Assembly (NCBI GenBank): GCA_963767735.1
Contig: CAVYES010000003.1
Location: forward strand, 1-64,000
Length of the DNA stretch: 64,000 nt
From: Candidatus Bathyarchaeota archaeon
GTDB lineage: Archaea; Thermoproteota; Bathyarchaeia; Bathyarchaeales; Bathycorpusculaceae
Direction of reading: 5' to 3'
Shown here: in pieces, positions 7,577-17,997 of the stretch
Layout: each line of letters begins with the position of its first letter
How positions within the stretch are numbered: the first letter of the stretch is position 1
Translations under genes and position numbers: made by a program
Notes under the pieces: model-generated
What the model was told of the DNA's origin: nothing
The model's database searches: none
Seen by the model: only the letters and a program-made list of their open reading frames with translations

Positions 7577-10062
7577 GCCGTCGCCTCATATTCCACTTTG
7601 ATGCTTACATTGTAGGAAGGGATTTGGCGTGCTTCATTGGTTTTTTGAACGAGAACCTCGACGTTGGCTGCTTTTAGGGTTCCAGCGATGTCGCTGCTTG
7701 CTGAGCAGACAACTTTCGCATTCGCCTCGTTTCCAGCATAAACTACTAGTTTTTTGACTGGCGCATTCAGCGGCAGCTTTTTCTCCGCTTTCTCGTGGCG
7801 CACTTCACCGATGATGGCGATGATTAAGTCGCCGTTCTTCTCTGCCTCCTCGTCTACAAGCGCCGCGTTGAATTTCGGCCACGGCGAAACTTGCAAGCTC
7901 TTAAAACCCTTGTTTTCGGCAAACATGTGCTGATAAATCTCCTCCGTCACATGCGGTGTCACAGGTGCCAGCAACTGCAGCATGCGGAAGAGAACCTCGT
8001 AGAGCGCGTATTGAGCTGCCACTCTTTTGGGCTGCCTGTGCAAATCTGGATTATACAGTCTATCTTTTACTGCCTCAACATAATAATCGCACAAAACATG
8101 CCACGTGAAATTGCGCACATCTTCAATGGCAACGTTAAATTGGCATTTTTCAAACTCGTCGGTAACTTTTTTTGTTAGGTTTTCGGATTTGCTTATTATC
8201 CATTTGTCAAGCGGCTGAAGATCCAAGTCTTTGATATCAACGGGTTTGTAGTCTGCTAAGAGGCTTGCGGTGAAACCAGAGGCATTCCACAATTTAACCA
8301 AGAAGCGCCTCCCATACTCGACATCTTGGGCGCGGTACGGGATGTCTGAGCCTGTTGCTCCGCCGGCTGCAGCCCATTGCCTTGTGGCGTCGGCTCCGTT
8401 CTTGTTTAGCACTTCGGGTGCGGCTGCGTAGTTTTTGAGTGATTTGCTCATTTTTCTGCCGTCGGCGCCGAGTACCATTCCGTTTATGAGGACGCTGTTG
8501 AATGGGCGTTCATCGAATAGGGCTAAGTGACGTACCATGAGGTAGTAAGCCCAGGTTCGGATGATGTCTGTTCCTGAGGGGTGAATGCTTGCGGGGAACA
8601 GGTGTTTCCAGTCAGAGCGGTCAGGCCAGCCAGCGTGGACAGCACAGGTTATTGAGGAATCCATCCAAGTGTCTAAAACATCGGTTTCACCGTTAAATTC
8701 GGTTCCGCCGCATTTGGTGCATCTGTCTATTTTAGGTTTGTCCATTCTTGGGTCAATTGGCACCCAGCTTTCTTGGGCAACGATGACTTCGCCACAACTC
8801 TTGCAGTACCAAACGGGAATTGGCGTGGCAAACAATCTTTGGCGGCTAACAACCCAATCCCAATCCAACGTGCGTGTCCAATCGATTAAGCGGTTTTTCA
8901 TGTAGTCAGGGTACCATGGAATCTCGTTAGCGGCTTTCTCGACAGCCTCAGATAACGGCATGGTTTTCATGAACCATTGCTTGACCTCTAAGATTTCAAC
9001 TTGGGCTTTGCAGCGGTCGCAGACTCCGACTTCATGCTGGATTTTCTCTGTTTTCTCCAGCAACCCTGCTGCGGTGAGGTCTTCAACGATGGCTGCGCGG
9101 GCTTGGTTAACGTATTTGCCTGCGTATTTGCAGCCTGCTTCGCTGATTTGACCGGTCTCTGTTAAGAGCTGGATGACGGGGAGTTTGTGTTTTATAACGG
9201 TTTTAACGTCGTCTTTGTCTCCATAAGTGCAGATCTGCACGACTCCCGTGCCGAATTTGGGGTCAACGCACTCATCGCCTATGATGGTTACAGCGCGGTT
9301 CATCAGGGGCACAGCGATTTTTCTGCCGATGTACTTGCTGTAGCGCTCATCAGATGGGTTAACCTCTACCGCCACGCAGGCAGGGATAAACTCGGGACGA
9401 GAAGTTGCTATAAGCAGGTACTCGTTGCTGCCTTCAAGCTGGAAGCGAATGTAGTGTAGAAAGCCATCTTTTTTTACGTGGTCAACTTCAGCGTCGGCTA
9501 TAGCGGTTTCGTCATGGGGACACCAATTAACTGGGTGAGTTCCCTGGTACATGTAGCCTTTCTGGTGAAGCAGAATGAAGCTAAGTTGGGTGCGGCGCCA
9601 GTAGTCTGGATCCATCGTTTTGTATTCGGTGGTCCAATCTATGCTTGCCCCCATCTTCAGGATGCCCTCCTTCATCATCGCAATGTATTTTTCTACCAGC
9701 TCGATGCACCATGCGCGAAACTGGTCGGGAGGAACATCCCGTTTGCGTAGGTTTCTGGCTTTTTCAACTTGGATTTCTATGCCTAAGCCGTGGCAGTCCC
9801 AGCCCTGAGGAAAGAGCACGTTGAAGCCCTGCATACGCTTAAAGCGTGCAACCATGTCAAAATAGGTCCAGTTGAGCACGTTGCCCATATGCAACTCGCC
9901 TGACGGGTAGGGCGGCGGGGTATCTATGCTGAAAGGAACCCGCTCCTTGTCGTTCCAGTCATAGTGGTAAATGCCCATTTCTTCCCATTTACTCTGCCAC
10001 TTACGCTCAATCTCCGCAAAGTTATAATCTTCAGGCAAAGGCTGCATGCTGATCAATCCCAC
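7573..10062 (-). CDS. valS: Valine--tRNA ligase
   Basis: FSIDTPPPYPSGELHMGN, GWDCHGL, WDWVVSRQR, DTWMDSS, KMSKS. Confidence 0.97.
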   Translation of the reverse strand: MGLISMQPLPEDYNFAEIERKWQSKWEEMGIYHYDWNDKERVPFSIDTPPPYPSGELHMGNVLNWTYFDMVARFKRMQGFNVLFPQGWDCHGLGIEIQVEKARNLRKRDVPPDQFRAWCIELVEKYIAMMKEGILKMGASIDWTTEYKTMDPDYWRRTQLSFILLHQKGYMYQGTHPVNWCPHDETAIADAEVDHVKKDGFLHYIRFQLEGSNEYLLIATSRPEFIPACVAVEVNPSDERYSKYIGRKIAVPLMNRAVTIIGDECVDPKFGTGVVQICTYGDKDDVKTVIKHKLPVIQLLTETGQISEAGCKYAGKYVNQARAAIVEDLTAAGLLEKTEKIQHEVGVCDRCKAQVEILEVKQWFMKTMPLSEAVEKAANEIPWYPDYMKNRLIDWTRTLDWDWVVSRQRLFATPIPVWYCKSCGEVIVAQESWVPIDPRMDKPKIDRCTKCGGTEFNGETDVLDTWMDSSITCAVHAGWPDRSDWKHLFPASIHPSGTDIIRTWAYYLMVRHLALFDERPFNSVLINGMVLGADGRKMSKSLKNYAAAPEVLNKNGADATRQWAAAGGATGSDIPYRAQDVEYGRRFLVKLWNASGFTASLLADYKPVDIKDLDLQPLDKWIISKSENLTKKVTDEFEKCQFNVAIEDVRNFTWHVLCDYYVEAVKDRLYNPDLHRQPKRVAAQYALYEVLFRMLQLLAPVTPHVTEEIYQHMFAENKGFKSLQVSPWPKFNAALVDEEAEKNGDLIIAIIGEVRHEKAEKKLPLNAPVKKLVVYAGNEANAKVVCSASSDIAGTLKAANVEVLVQKTNEARQIPSYNVSIKVEYEATA

Positions 10063-10206
10063 TTGTTAGTAATGACGGTAGGAAACTAAAATATAACCTA
10101 AAAACATTACCCCCTCCCAGACACAAGGTAAGCTCAGGGGCAAAACCCGTTGAAATTTTAAGAATATTTTAGGGAGATTGGAGACTGAGGAGTACCGATT
10201 GACAGA

Positions 10207-10704
10207 TTATGTCGATTGTTTCAGCTTCAAAGCAAACTCTTCAGCATGTTTGAGGTCTTCGGCGTTAGGTCTGCTTTTATTCATTCCACCAAATCGACCA
10301 TAGATACGATTAGTGTTAAAGCCTTTGCAATTAAACTCACCAGCAACAATGTAACCTTTAGATTGCAGTTTCTCCCTGAGTACTGTGTGAAATTTACCTG
10401 AAACATTCCCAAAGACCCGCGAATCAACACCAACGAAACTTGTAGAGAAAATGAATGCTTTCTTACCGGTGACTTGTGGGAGTCTATCAGCAAATTCAAG
10501 CAGACTTTCGTGGTGTTTTTCTCCAAATATTCCTGACCTGAACCCCACTAAATCAAACTGCTCAAGTTCTTCGGGGTTTGTTTGTTGTGGAGTTTTGATT
10601 TGTGCATCGAGAGCCTTTGCCATAGCTTCAGCTACTTTCTGAGTATTATTGTGATGAAAAGAATAACAAACTATTAAGGTCGTCATTATGTACTCACCCA
10701 CCAA
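10207..10704 (-). CDS. Flavodoxin family protein
   Basis: SFHHNNTQKVAEAMA FMN loop, GEFNCKG, RPNAEDL. Start probably ATG 10686. Confidence 0.88.
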   Translation of the reverse strand: MVGEYIMTTLIVCYSFHHNNTQKVAEAMAKALDAQIKTPQQTNPEELEQFDLVGFRSGIFGEKHHESLLEFADRLPQVTGKKAFIFSTSFVGVDSRVFGNVSGKFHTVLREKLQSKGYIVAGEFNCKGFNTNRIYGRFGGMNKSRPNAEDLKHAEEFALKLKQST

Positions 10705-10752
10705 CTTTGAGGATTAATTTGCTTTTTCTTTTTTTACGAAGGTATATGTTAG

Positions 10753-11583
10753 TTAGTTTTTACTTTTTAGCTTAAATAAGTTAGAGTTGGTAACGCTGGA
10801 GACTATATCTTTTTCCTCCAGATGAATGTCGCTGAATGACAAGACACCCGCCGGCTTTAGCACTCTATGTAACTCAGACAGCACGGCCTTTTGGTCATCG
10901 AAGCCGTGAAACGCATCATACAACAGGACAACGTCTAATTCTTCGTCAGGTAAACCTGTATCGCAATCGGATTCAATGGTTTTTACATTCGCTAGCTCAT
11001 TTTTATCGACGATTTGTCTTACCATTTCAAGGGCAAGCGGTGCAGTATCCAAAGCATACAGTTTACCTATCGCCCCTATTGCTTTTGAAACGGCAAGTAC
11101 ATAACGTCCTGGTCCACAGCCAAAATCCAACACTTGAAATCCCTTTTTCAAATGTGCCTCTCTTATGGTGTCTTGAATAAACTTCTCTTTAATTTTGGTT
11201 TGTTTCACAAGCAAGTTTTTGCCGCTTTGTGTTAACTCATAGCATTTAACCCCTTTTTTGGTGGCCAATTCTTTTACATATGCGTTATCTTGGAGTTTGG
11301 TAAGTAATGGGTAGATTGCGTCTGGACTGGGTTTCCATGATCCGCCGGTACTTTTGTATATTTCATCAATTAATTCTGAGCATGACATTGCTTTTTCGTT
11401 GAGTATTTCCAGTACGCCTAAGCGCAGTAACCATTTTGGATCTGTAGGGCCGTCTTTGAGTTTGCTTTTTTGTTCGTTTTCTTCAGCCACACAAGTCACC
11501 GTTGCCGTCGTTATTACTTCACACATGAAATGATATTTAACCTTGCTACACGGTGCTTGGCTAAGTGCACTTTCGGAATACAC
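10753..11583 (-). CDS. PadR-family wHTH fused to class I SAM methyltransferase
   Basis: WKPSPDAIYPLL..YELTQSG (PadR), then VLDFGCGPG and LHRVLKPAG (methyltransferase). Confidence 0.8.
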   Translation of the reverse strand: MYSESALSQAPCSKVKYHFMCEVITTATVTCVAEENEQKSKLKDGPTDPKWLLRLGVLEILNEKAMSCSELIDEIYKSTGGSWKPSPDAIYPLLTKLQDNAYVKELATKKGVKCYELTQSGKNLLVKQTKIKEKFIQDTIREAHLKKGFQVLDFGCGPGRYVLAVSKAIGAIGKLYALDTAPLALEMVRQIVDKNELANVKTIESDCDTGLPDEELDVVLLYDAFHGFDDQKAVLSELHRVLKPAGVLSFSDIHLEEKDIVSSVTNSNLFKLKSKN

Positions 11584-11889
11584 CCGGGTTCAGCTCCCAC
11601 CCTTCGGCACCACTATGGGCAAATGCCCGGGCAAACGGGAGCATCCGCCAAGAAAAGGGTAAGATAATACCGTATGGCGAACACTAAAGCTACCGCTAAT
11701 TCATTAATGTCCATGCTCCGCATAAAACTTGAGCAAACGATTGCTTAACAAAAAACTCTGAGGAGAAGCTGTTAAAGAAGGTCAAGTTCAAAAGAAATAC
11801 AGAAAGCTTGTTAGAAAAATAAAAATGAGGAATTGTTGTCTTGCACTGACGTTGTAATCAATTTTATCTGTTGCCGTTTTTCGGTCGTC

Positions 11890-12651
11890 TTAGCTGACCA
11901 CTTTCCTGAATAGATACAAGGTGGCGCCGAAAGTCACAATTGCAATCACTCCGATTACAGCGTAAGCAGAGGCAAACGTACCCCAGGTCAACCCGCCCTC
12001 GATTAAGCTCCTTGTTACGTTAGAAACATAACTCAATGGGTTGTAGTCAGAAACGGTTCGCGCCCAAAGAGGCATGATTGACGTGGGAAAGAGACCACTG
12101 CTAATAAAGAGAAGTGGCAAGGCTATAATATTGGACATTGCGGATAGAGTTTCTGCGTTCTTTGTCTTCAAGCCCAAGGCAAGTGAAAGCCCAAACCAAG
12201 CGAGTCCGAAGAATGCAAAAGTCACGAAAATGAGTAAGAGTCCACCGACCCCGGTTGCGATTCTAAGACCCAGCAGCATTGCCACTCCAATTATTATGGC
12301 TGACTGGGCCATGAGCACGAGTATGTCGCTCATCAAGCGACCAAGCAAAATTGCCGATCTGCTGGCAGGAGTTAAAAGCACTTTCTGAAGAAACCCCGAG
12401 TCAAGATCACTCACAATCGACTGGCCCGACGGCATACCAATTACTAAATTCAACACCAATATCCCAGGCGTAAGGTAAGCAAGGTAACTCCCAGTGGGTC
12501 CTAGAAAAATGCCGAGTTTTTGAAGTAACTGCGAGAAAAGGATCAGAAACAGCAATGGCGTGAAGAGGTGGACAAACAGTAGAGTAGGGTTTCTCGAGAG
12601 TTTTGTTAAAGCTCTTTGGAACAAGGATTGAATGTCATAGAATAGTGTCAT
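11890..12651 (-). CDS. ABC-2 type exporter permease
   Basis: About 6 TM segments; YLAYLTPG, TPASRSAILLG, YNPLSY. Confidence 0.9.
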   Translation of the reverse strand: MTLFYDIQSLFQRALTKLSRNPTLLFVHLFTPLLFLILFSQLLQKLGIFLGPTGSYLAYLTPGILVLNLVIGMPSGQSIVSDLDSGFLQKVLLTPASRSAILLGRLMSDILVLMAQSAIIIGVAMLLGLRIATGVGGLLLIFVTFAFFGLAWFGLSLALGLKTKNAETLSAMSNIIALPLLFISSGLFPTSIMPLWARTVSDYNPLSYVSNVTRSLIEGGLTWGTFASAYAVIGVIAIVTFGATLYLFRKVVS

Positions 12652-12663
12652 TTTTGGTTTACC

Positions 12664-13665
12664 TCACATTAAGATTTGTTCGGTGGGTTTTCTGCCGAGT
12701 TCTTCGGGTCTTATTCTTCTGCCTGTATGGTGCAGGAAAACATCGTCAAGTGTTGGAGAGGATATGTTCAAAGAAGTCGGGCGAATGTTGTTGCGGTCCA
12801 AAGCTGTAACTACGTCAGCTATTATTTCGTCTGCGTTCTTCGCATGAGCAGCAATGCCGTCGTCTGAATCAGTAACATCCACTACTCCCGGAATTTCTTG
12901 CAAAATCCTTTTCGTTTCGGATCTCAACAAGGAATCTTTTGGGTTCTTAAGTGAAAGAGTTATGGTGTCATGTCCGATTGCTTGCTTGAGTTCTGTTGGC
13001 GAACCACCAGCAACAATCTTCCCGTGGTCAATTATTGAGAGTCGCCGGCAGAGCTTGTCTGCCTCCTCCAAGTACTGAGTCGTCAAAAATATTGTAATGC
13101 CTTCTTCCCTGTTTAGCTCATCCAGGTAGTCCCATATTGACGCACGGGCTTGAGGATCAAGCCCAGTCGTCGGCTCATCAAGGAAAAGTAATTTAGGCTT
13201 ATGAATTAGGGCGGAGGCGAGGTCAAGCCTTTTTTTCATGCCGCCTGAATATCGGCCAGCGGGTTTGTTTGCGAATTCTTCAAGCTGCACAGTTTTTAGT
13301 AGCTCGTCTACTCGTTTCTCTAAGGTGCTACCATGCATTTGTTGGAGTCGACCTTGAAGACGGAGGTTTTCTTTGCCTGTTAGGTCAACGTCTATTATGG
13401 TTTCTTGTGTGAGGACTCCGATGACTTTTCGGATTTCTTTTGGTGATTTTTCTAAATCGTAACCAGCTAATTGCACGTGTCCTGAAGTTTTTCTGAGGAG
13501 TGTGGTGAGGATTTTGATTGTGGTGCTTTTTCCTGCGCCATTCGGCCCCAGAAACCCGAAGAACTCGCCCTCTTTCACATTAAAAGAGATCCCTTCAAGT
13601 GCTCTTGTGCCGTCAGCATAGACCTCTACGAGGTTTTCGACCGAAATAATATCCGATGGTTCCAA
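12664..13665 (-). CDS. ABC exporter ATP-binding protein (DrrA-like)
   Basis: GPNGAGKS, YSGGM, LFLDEPT, PTLDDVF. Confidence 0.95.
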   Translation of the reverse strand: MEPSDIISVENLVEVYADGTRALEGISFNVKEGEFFGFLGPNGAGKSTTIKILTTLLRKTSGHVQLAGYDLEKSPKEIRKVIGVLTQETIIDVDLTGKENLRLQGRLQQMHGSTLEKRVDELLKTVQLEEFANKPAGRYSGGMKKRLDLASALIHKPKLLFLDEPTTGLDPQARASIWDYLDELNREEGITIFLTTQYLEEADKLCRRLSIIDHGKIVAGGSPTELKQAIGHDTITLSLKNPKDSLLRSETKRILQEIPGVVDVTDSDDGIAAHAKNADEIIADVVTALDRNNIRPTSLNISSPTLDDVFLHHTGRRIRPEELGRKPTEQILM

Positions 13666-13719
13666 TTATTTTTCACTTCGTTTAGTTTTCTGATACATAG
13701 ACATCGTTACGGATTAAGT

Positions 13720-13743
13720 TTGTAGCGAGCATATTCGCTGCAA
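13720..13743. promoter_or_regulatory. Imperfect inverted repeat, candidate operator
   Basis: TTGTAGCGA-GCATAT-TCGCTGCAA between the divergent ABC genes and their regulator. Confidence 0.45.
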
Positions 13744-13777
13744 CATTTTAATTGTTGAATAGATGTAATGTAATCAC

Positions 13778-14506
13778 ATGCGCAGAATAGTTGTAGAGTG
13801 GTCAATCAACGAAGCAATTAAACAAATTAAGAACAGAGAAATCGAGAAACTAAAAAAGTCCGGAGAGCAGGACGATTCAGAACTAATCAAAAAAGCTGAA
13901 TTGACTCAATTAAACGGGCTTGAGACAATCAAAAAAATCAAGTCATTTGAGGTGCTTCACATTTTAAGATTTGATTCCTTTGAAACGGCAGCAATATTCA
14001 GACTTGAGCCCACGGATAACTCTCTGGAAGTTGAAGAACTCTTAAAATCACTCCTTCAAAACCTCAAGGTCGAATATCAGCTTTTAGAACGGGATGGAGG
14101 CGCTTGCATCTATTTTATCAAGGGAAAAACGGTTCAGCCAATTTCAGGGTCACCTAACAGAAGCGGAATGTACCCCATGTTGCCTTTTGCTGTCCGGGAT
14201 GGAAAAGTTAGAGTTACCCTTGTCGGAGATGATGAGCAGGTTAAGGAGTTCCTTGAAAATAAGGCATTTGACTACAAGGTGGTGTCGCTGACAGACGCCA
14301 AATTTTCGCTCAATTCGCCGATTAGCTGCTTGACTGGAAAGCAGCAAGAAGCCATTTCCCTAGCGTTTAGGCTTGGCTACTTTGATACGCCCCGAAAAAT
14401 AGGAGTGGATGAGCTTGCAGCTAAGCTTGGTCTTGCGAGTTCCACTTTAGCTGTTCATTTAAGAAGAGCGGAACGGCATCTGCTCGCTGAAATGTTAAAC
14501 GAATAG
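13778..14506 (+). CDS. Bacterio-opsin-activator-type (HTH_10) regulator
   Basis: LTGKQQEAISLAFRLGYFDTPRKIGVDELAAKLGLASSTLAVHLRRAE. Confidence 0.9.
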   Translation: MRRIVVEWSINEAIKQIKNREIEKLKKSGEQDDSELIKKAELTQLNGLETIKKIKSFEVLHILRFDSFETAAIFRLEPTDNSLEVEELLKSLLQNLKVEYQLLERDGGACIYFIKGKTVQPISGSPNRSGMYPMLPFAVRDGKVRVTLVGDDEQVKEFLENKAFDYKVVSLTDAKFSLNSPISCLTGKQQEAISLAFRLGYFDTPRKIGVDELAAKLGLASSTLAVHLRRAERHLLAEMLNE

Positions 14507-14561
14507 TATTTTAGAAAAAGAAGCGTGAAGCCTTTTGTGACGTAAGCAAGATTTAGGTTGC

Positions 14562-14987
14562 CTAACTTTTTTTGATGCCATCGAAAAATTCTCGGGGCGA
14601 AAGTATTGTGGTTTTTTTATATTTGCCAAGTTTGAGAAGATGTTTGTCTCCGGAAACGATGATGTCTGCTCCAGATGCTAAGGCGCATTCGAGTATTTTG
14701 TTGTCTTCAGAATCTTCGTTTATAGAGTTCAGTTTCAAATTACATTCAACCATTATTGAATTTGCTTCAATAGCTCTCAAGACTCTTTTTTCATCAATGC
14801 CTGCCTTTTTTAAAACGTTGGCAACTCTTGGGTAAAGTGAAGACTTAGAAACTTCCAAAAGTATTTCTTTGCTAACGTAAATTGTTAGTTCTTGTTTTGC
14901 AAGCGAAAACTCGTCCGTAAGAATCTTCCGCATAAAGATTGACAGCCAAACATTTGTGTCGAAGACTACTTTGACTTTCTTGCCCAC
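14562..14987 (-). CDS. vapC: PIN-domain toxin
   Basis: VVFDTNV, DSEDNKILECA, IVSGDKHLL. Confidence 0.9.
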   Translation of the reverse strand: MGKKVKVVFDTNVWLSIFMRKILTDEFSLAKQELTIYVSKEILLEVSKSSLYPRVANVLKKAGIDEKRVLRAIEANSIMVECNLKLNSINEDSEDNKILECALASGADIIVSGDKHLLKLGKYKKTTILSPREFFDGIKKS

Positions 14988-15229
14988 TCGACTGCCTCAG
15001 CCACAAGTGCATCAACATCAATGGCTTCTTCGCTGATTACTTTTTGAATTTTTTTTGCTATTTCCTCAATAGATTCATTCTCAGTTTTTCTGAGTAATAT
15101 ATCCCCATCTCGGGTAAGCACTAGAAGCTTCTCGCCGCCCTTCACGCCCAATTTCTTGCGGACCTCTCTGGGTATTACCACTTGACCTTTAGATGAAACC
15201 TTGATTATATCCTCGATTTGCTCTGTCAT
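14966..15229 (-). CDS. AbrB/MazE-family antitoxin
   Basis: KVSSKGQVVIPREVRKKLG; overlaps the PIN gene. Confidence 0.9.
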   Translation of the reverse strand: MTEQIEDIIKVSSKGQVVIPREVRKKLGVKGGEKLLVLTRDGDILLRKTENESIEEIAKKIQKVISEEAIDVDALVAEAVEWARKSK

Positions 15230-15375
15230 AAATCAATAAAATATTGTACAAGTAAATAAATTTTTACATTTCTAACTAATGAAAAGCAAGTAATAAAAGG
15301 AGATTAAAAAAGAAAAGAAAAAACCGCTCTAATCAGGCGGTTGTGGGTTTTCGTTATGCAGTAGGGGGCTGCCAC

Positions 15376-16173
15376 TTATCGGTTTCTTTCGCTTCGTACG
15401 AAGAGGAATGTTCCAATTACAAAAGACGCTACCGAAATTGCAACGACAATCGCTAAATCGAGCAGTGGGTTGTATAGGGCTATTTGGCTGTAGACTGGTG
15501 TGCCTTGGTAGACTAGTCCTCTGAGCAAATCAACTACGTAAGTAAGTGGCATGGCATGTGATAGAGCACTCAAGACACCGTTAGATTTGTTTATCGGTAT
15601 GAATGCGCCTGAGAGAAACATCTGGGCAAATGTGAACAGAATTACGCCTCTGTCCGCATTTTTTGGGCTGCTGCTAAATATGCTGGCAACTAACACACCT
15701 AGAGTTCCGCCTGATATACAGATAAGTGGCGACAGTGCAAGGATCCAGCCGATTGCCGACAGCCCAATGGGGATGCCCATAATGGGAGCGATGATGACGA
15801 ATACGAAAAGCTGCAGTATGCTCGTGATGCTGCCGCCTACGATTTTACCGAGTATGATTGAATAGCGAGATATTGGAGCTACAAAGATTTCCTGTGTGAA
15901 ATCGTTTTCTCGGTCTTCGACAAGTGATGTTACGCTCAGCATTGTGTTCATGGATATTGTTGCGGCGACCATTCCTAAGAGCGCAAACTGAAGGTAATTA
16001 TACCCTAGACCGCCACCTAAGTTTTGCGCAATCACGCCGCCTAAAATGCCGAGAAACAATACTGGGAACATAAAGCTAAACACAAGTGAAGTTTTCCAGT
16101 CTTTAAAGAATCGCAGTACCTCTCGTCCGGCAATAACTACTATTGCGTTTAGGTCTTTTTGAAATGGCTTCAT
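15376..16173 (-). CDS. ABC-2 type exporter permease
   Basis: About 6 TM segments; APISRYSIILGK, MPLTYVVD. Confidence 0.9.
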   Translation of the reverse strand: MKPFQKDLNAIVVIAGREVLRFFKDWKTSLVFSFMFPVLFLGILGGVIAQNLGGGLGYNYLQFALLGMVAATISMNTMLSVTSLVEDRENDFTQEIFVAPISRYSIILGKIVGGSITSILQLFVFVIIAPIMGIPIGLSAIGWILALSPLICISGGTLGVLVASIFSSSPKNADRGVILFTFAQMFLSGAFIPINKSNGVLSALSHAMPLTYVVDLLRGLVYQGTPVYSQIALYNPLLDLAIVVAISVASFVIGTFLFVRSERNR

Positions 16174-17123
16174 TGAACTGTAGCCTCCGAGGTTTTGTTA
16201 TCAATTAAATCCATGTAAGCTTCTTCGAGGGTCGGTGTATGGAGCTCCATGCAAGTTAGCGGCATCATGATTTGTGCTAGAATATGCTGTGGCGTTTGCT
16301 CCTCAAAATAGATTTTGACCTTACCATCCACCGTAGTTTCTGACTTAAAGTTCGCAATCTGGGAATGTAGCAAGCTTCGGTTTTCTGCGTCTAAGACGAG
16401 GTATTTGCCAAGTAACCGGTTTTTCATCTCGCTTGGTGTTCCCAGAAAAATAATTTGCCCATGATTAACGATGCATACTCTGTCGGCGTTTTCGGCTTCT
16501 TCGATGTAGTGGGTGGTGAGGAATATTGTGGTGTTTTGGTTTTTGGCTACATTTCGTAAATAGATCCATAGATCTCTGCGGGAAACGGCATCTAAGCCTT
16601 GACTTGGCTCATCTAAAAACAACACTTTTGGCTTAGTCATTAACCCGCGGATGATTTCTAGCTTACGCTTCATTCCGCCTGAGAAGGTTTTAAGGGGTTT
16701 GAACAGGTCTTCCCGTATGCCCATAAACCCGGCCATCTCTAAAACCTGATTTTGATATTCCTTAGGCATGAGTCGAAAGAATGGCTTGTAAGAATAGACC
16801 CCGTAGAGGTTTACGTGTAAACGTATGTTTTCTTCAGCCGATAGGTTGAGGTCTAAGCTTGGATTCTGGAAAATGATGCCGACATTTTCGCGTACATTTT
16901 TTGCTTTGGTGATTACGTCATAGCCTGCTATGGTTATTTTTCCGCTTGTTTTTGCCAGTGTCGTAGTTAGGATGGATATTGTGGTTGTTTTTCCCGCTCC
17001 GTTGGGTCCGAGGAACGCAAAGAATTCGCCGGGTTGCACATCAAAGCTGACGTTGTCTACGGCTGGTTTCTCGGCTTTGCGGTAGCGTTTGGTTAATTTT
17101 TCTACGTGTATGATTGAATGCAT
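16170..17123 (-). CDS. ABC exporter ATP-binding protein
   Basis: GPNGAGKT, FSGGM, LFLDEP, TTHY. Confidence 0.95.
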   Translation of the reverse strand: MHSIIHVEKLTKRYRKAEKPAVDNVSFDVQPGEFFAFLGPNGAGKTTTISILTTTLAKTSGKITIAGYDVITKAKNVRENVGIIFQNPSLDLNLSAEENIRLHVNLYGVYSYKPFFRLMPKEYQNQVLEMAGFMGIREDLFKPLKTFSGGMKRKLEIIRGLMTKPKVLFLDEPSQGLDAVSRRDLWIYLRNVAKNQNTTIFLTTHYIEEAENADRVCIVNHGQIIFLGTPSEMKNRLLGKYLVLDAENRSLLHSQIANFKSETTVDGKVKIYFEEQTPQHILAQIMMPLTCMELHTPTLEEAYMDLIDNKTSEATVQ

Positions 17124-17142
17124 TTTTCAATCCTCATTTTAT

Positions 17143-17216
17143 TTAACGTTGTTAATTTAACTTAACATAGTTAAATAAATACTTAACTGTGTTAAATAGT
17201 CAATTAACAAGGTTAA
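17143..17216. promoter_or_regulatory. Four palindromic TTAAC-N3-GTTAA sites (TetR operators)
   Basis: Perfect copies at 17143, 17162, 17183 and 17204, between the divergent TetR and ABC genes. Confidence 0.8.
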
Positions 17217-17249
17217 ACATATAAACCGCCAACACCCAATCAAGATATA

Positions 17250-17927
17250 ATGAAAACAAGAAAAACCAAAACGCCACACATACAACCTGAAGCCGTCATA
17301 AAAGCCGCATTGGAAATACTAGACGCCGAAGGACTAGACAACGTAACGCTAAGACGCATAGCGGCAAAACTCAACGTACAAGCCCCAGCACTTTACTGGC
17401 ACTTCAAAGACAAATCAGACATAACCGACGATATGGCACAAGCAATACTCAAAAACGCAGGCTTAGACAGCATCACCCCGCCAGAGGACATAAACAACTG
17501 GGATTCTTGGCTAAAGGATCAAATGCACAACCTTAGAAACGCATTAATAGCCCACAGAGACGGCGGACGCGTAGTAGCAGGGGCAACATTCGGAAGAGCA
17601 TACACACTTGAAAAAATCGTGGTTACGACCTCGAAAGTTCTGGAAAAAGCGGGATTTGATAGGCTCCACGCGAGCATAGCCACAGGTACGGCAATCGATT
17701 ATGTGTGGGGCTTTGTAATTGAAGAGCAAGTAGGAATGGCACCTCCTGCGTTCCTATCTTTAGTCGCTCAGTCGGGCGAAAATCCACTAATCCAAAATAT
17801 TTCTGAAGACCACGCGTATTTAAGCTCAGTAATGGAGGAACACCACAAAACCACTGCGACCAAAATATTCGACTGGGGTTTACAAGCAATAATAACTGGC
17901 CTAAAATCTAACCTTGAGAGACCATAG
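17250..17927 (+). CDS. TetR/AcrR family regulator with TetR_C domain
   Basis: AALEILDAEGLDNVTLRRIAAKLNVQAPALYWHFKDK; HRDGGR; GFVIEEQ. Confidence 0.93.
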   Translation: MKTRKTKTPHIQPEAVIKAALEILDAEGLDNVTLRRIAAKLNVQAPALYWHFKDKSDITDDMAQAILKNAGLDSITPPEDINNWDSWLKDQMHNLRNALIAHRDGGRVVAGATFGRAYTLEKIVVTTSKVLEKAGFDRLHASIATGTAIDYVWGFVIEEQVGMAPPAFLSLVAQSGENPLIQNISEDHAYLSSVMEEHHKTTATKIFDWGLQAIITGLKSNLERP

Positions 17928-17997
17928 TTTTTGGTTCTATAGTTCTTTTCGGAAGGCTAAAATAAAAGTCTGCGGCATTAGGTACTCTTGTAAGGGT

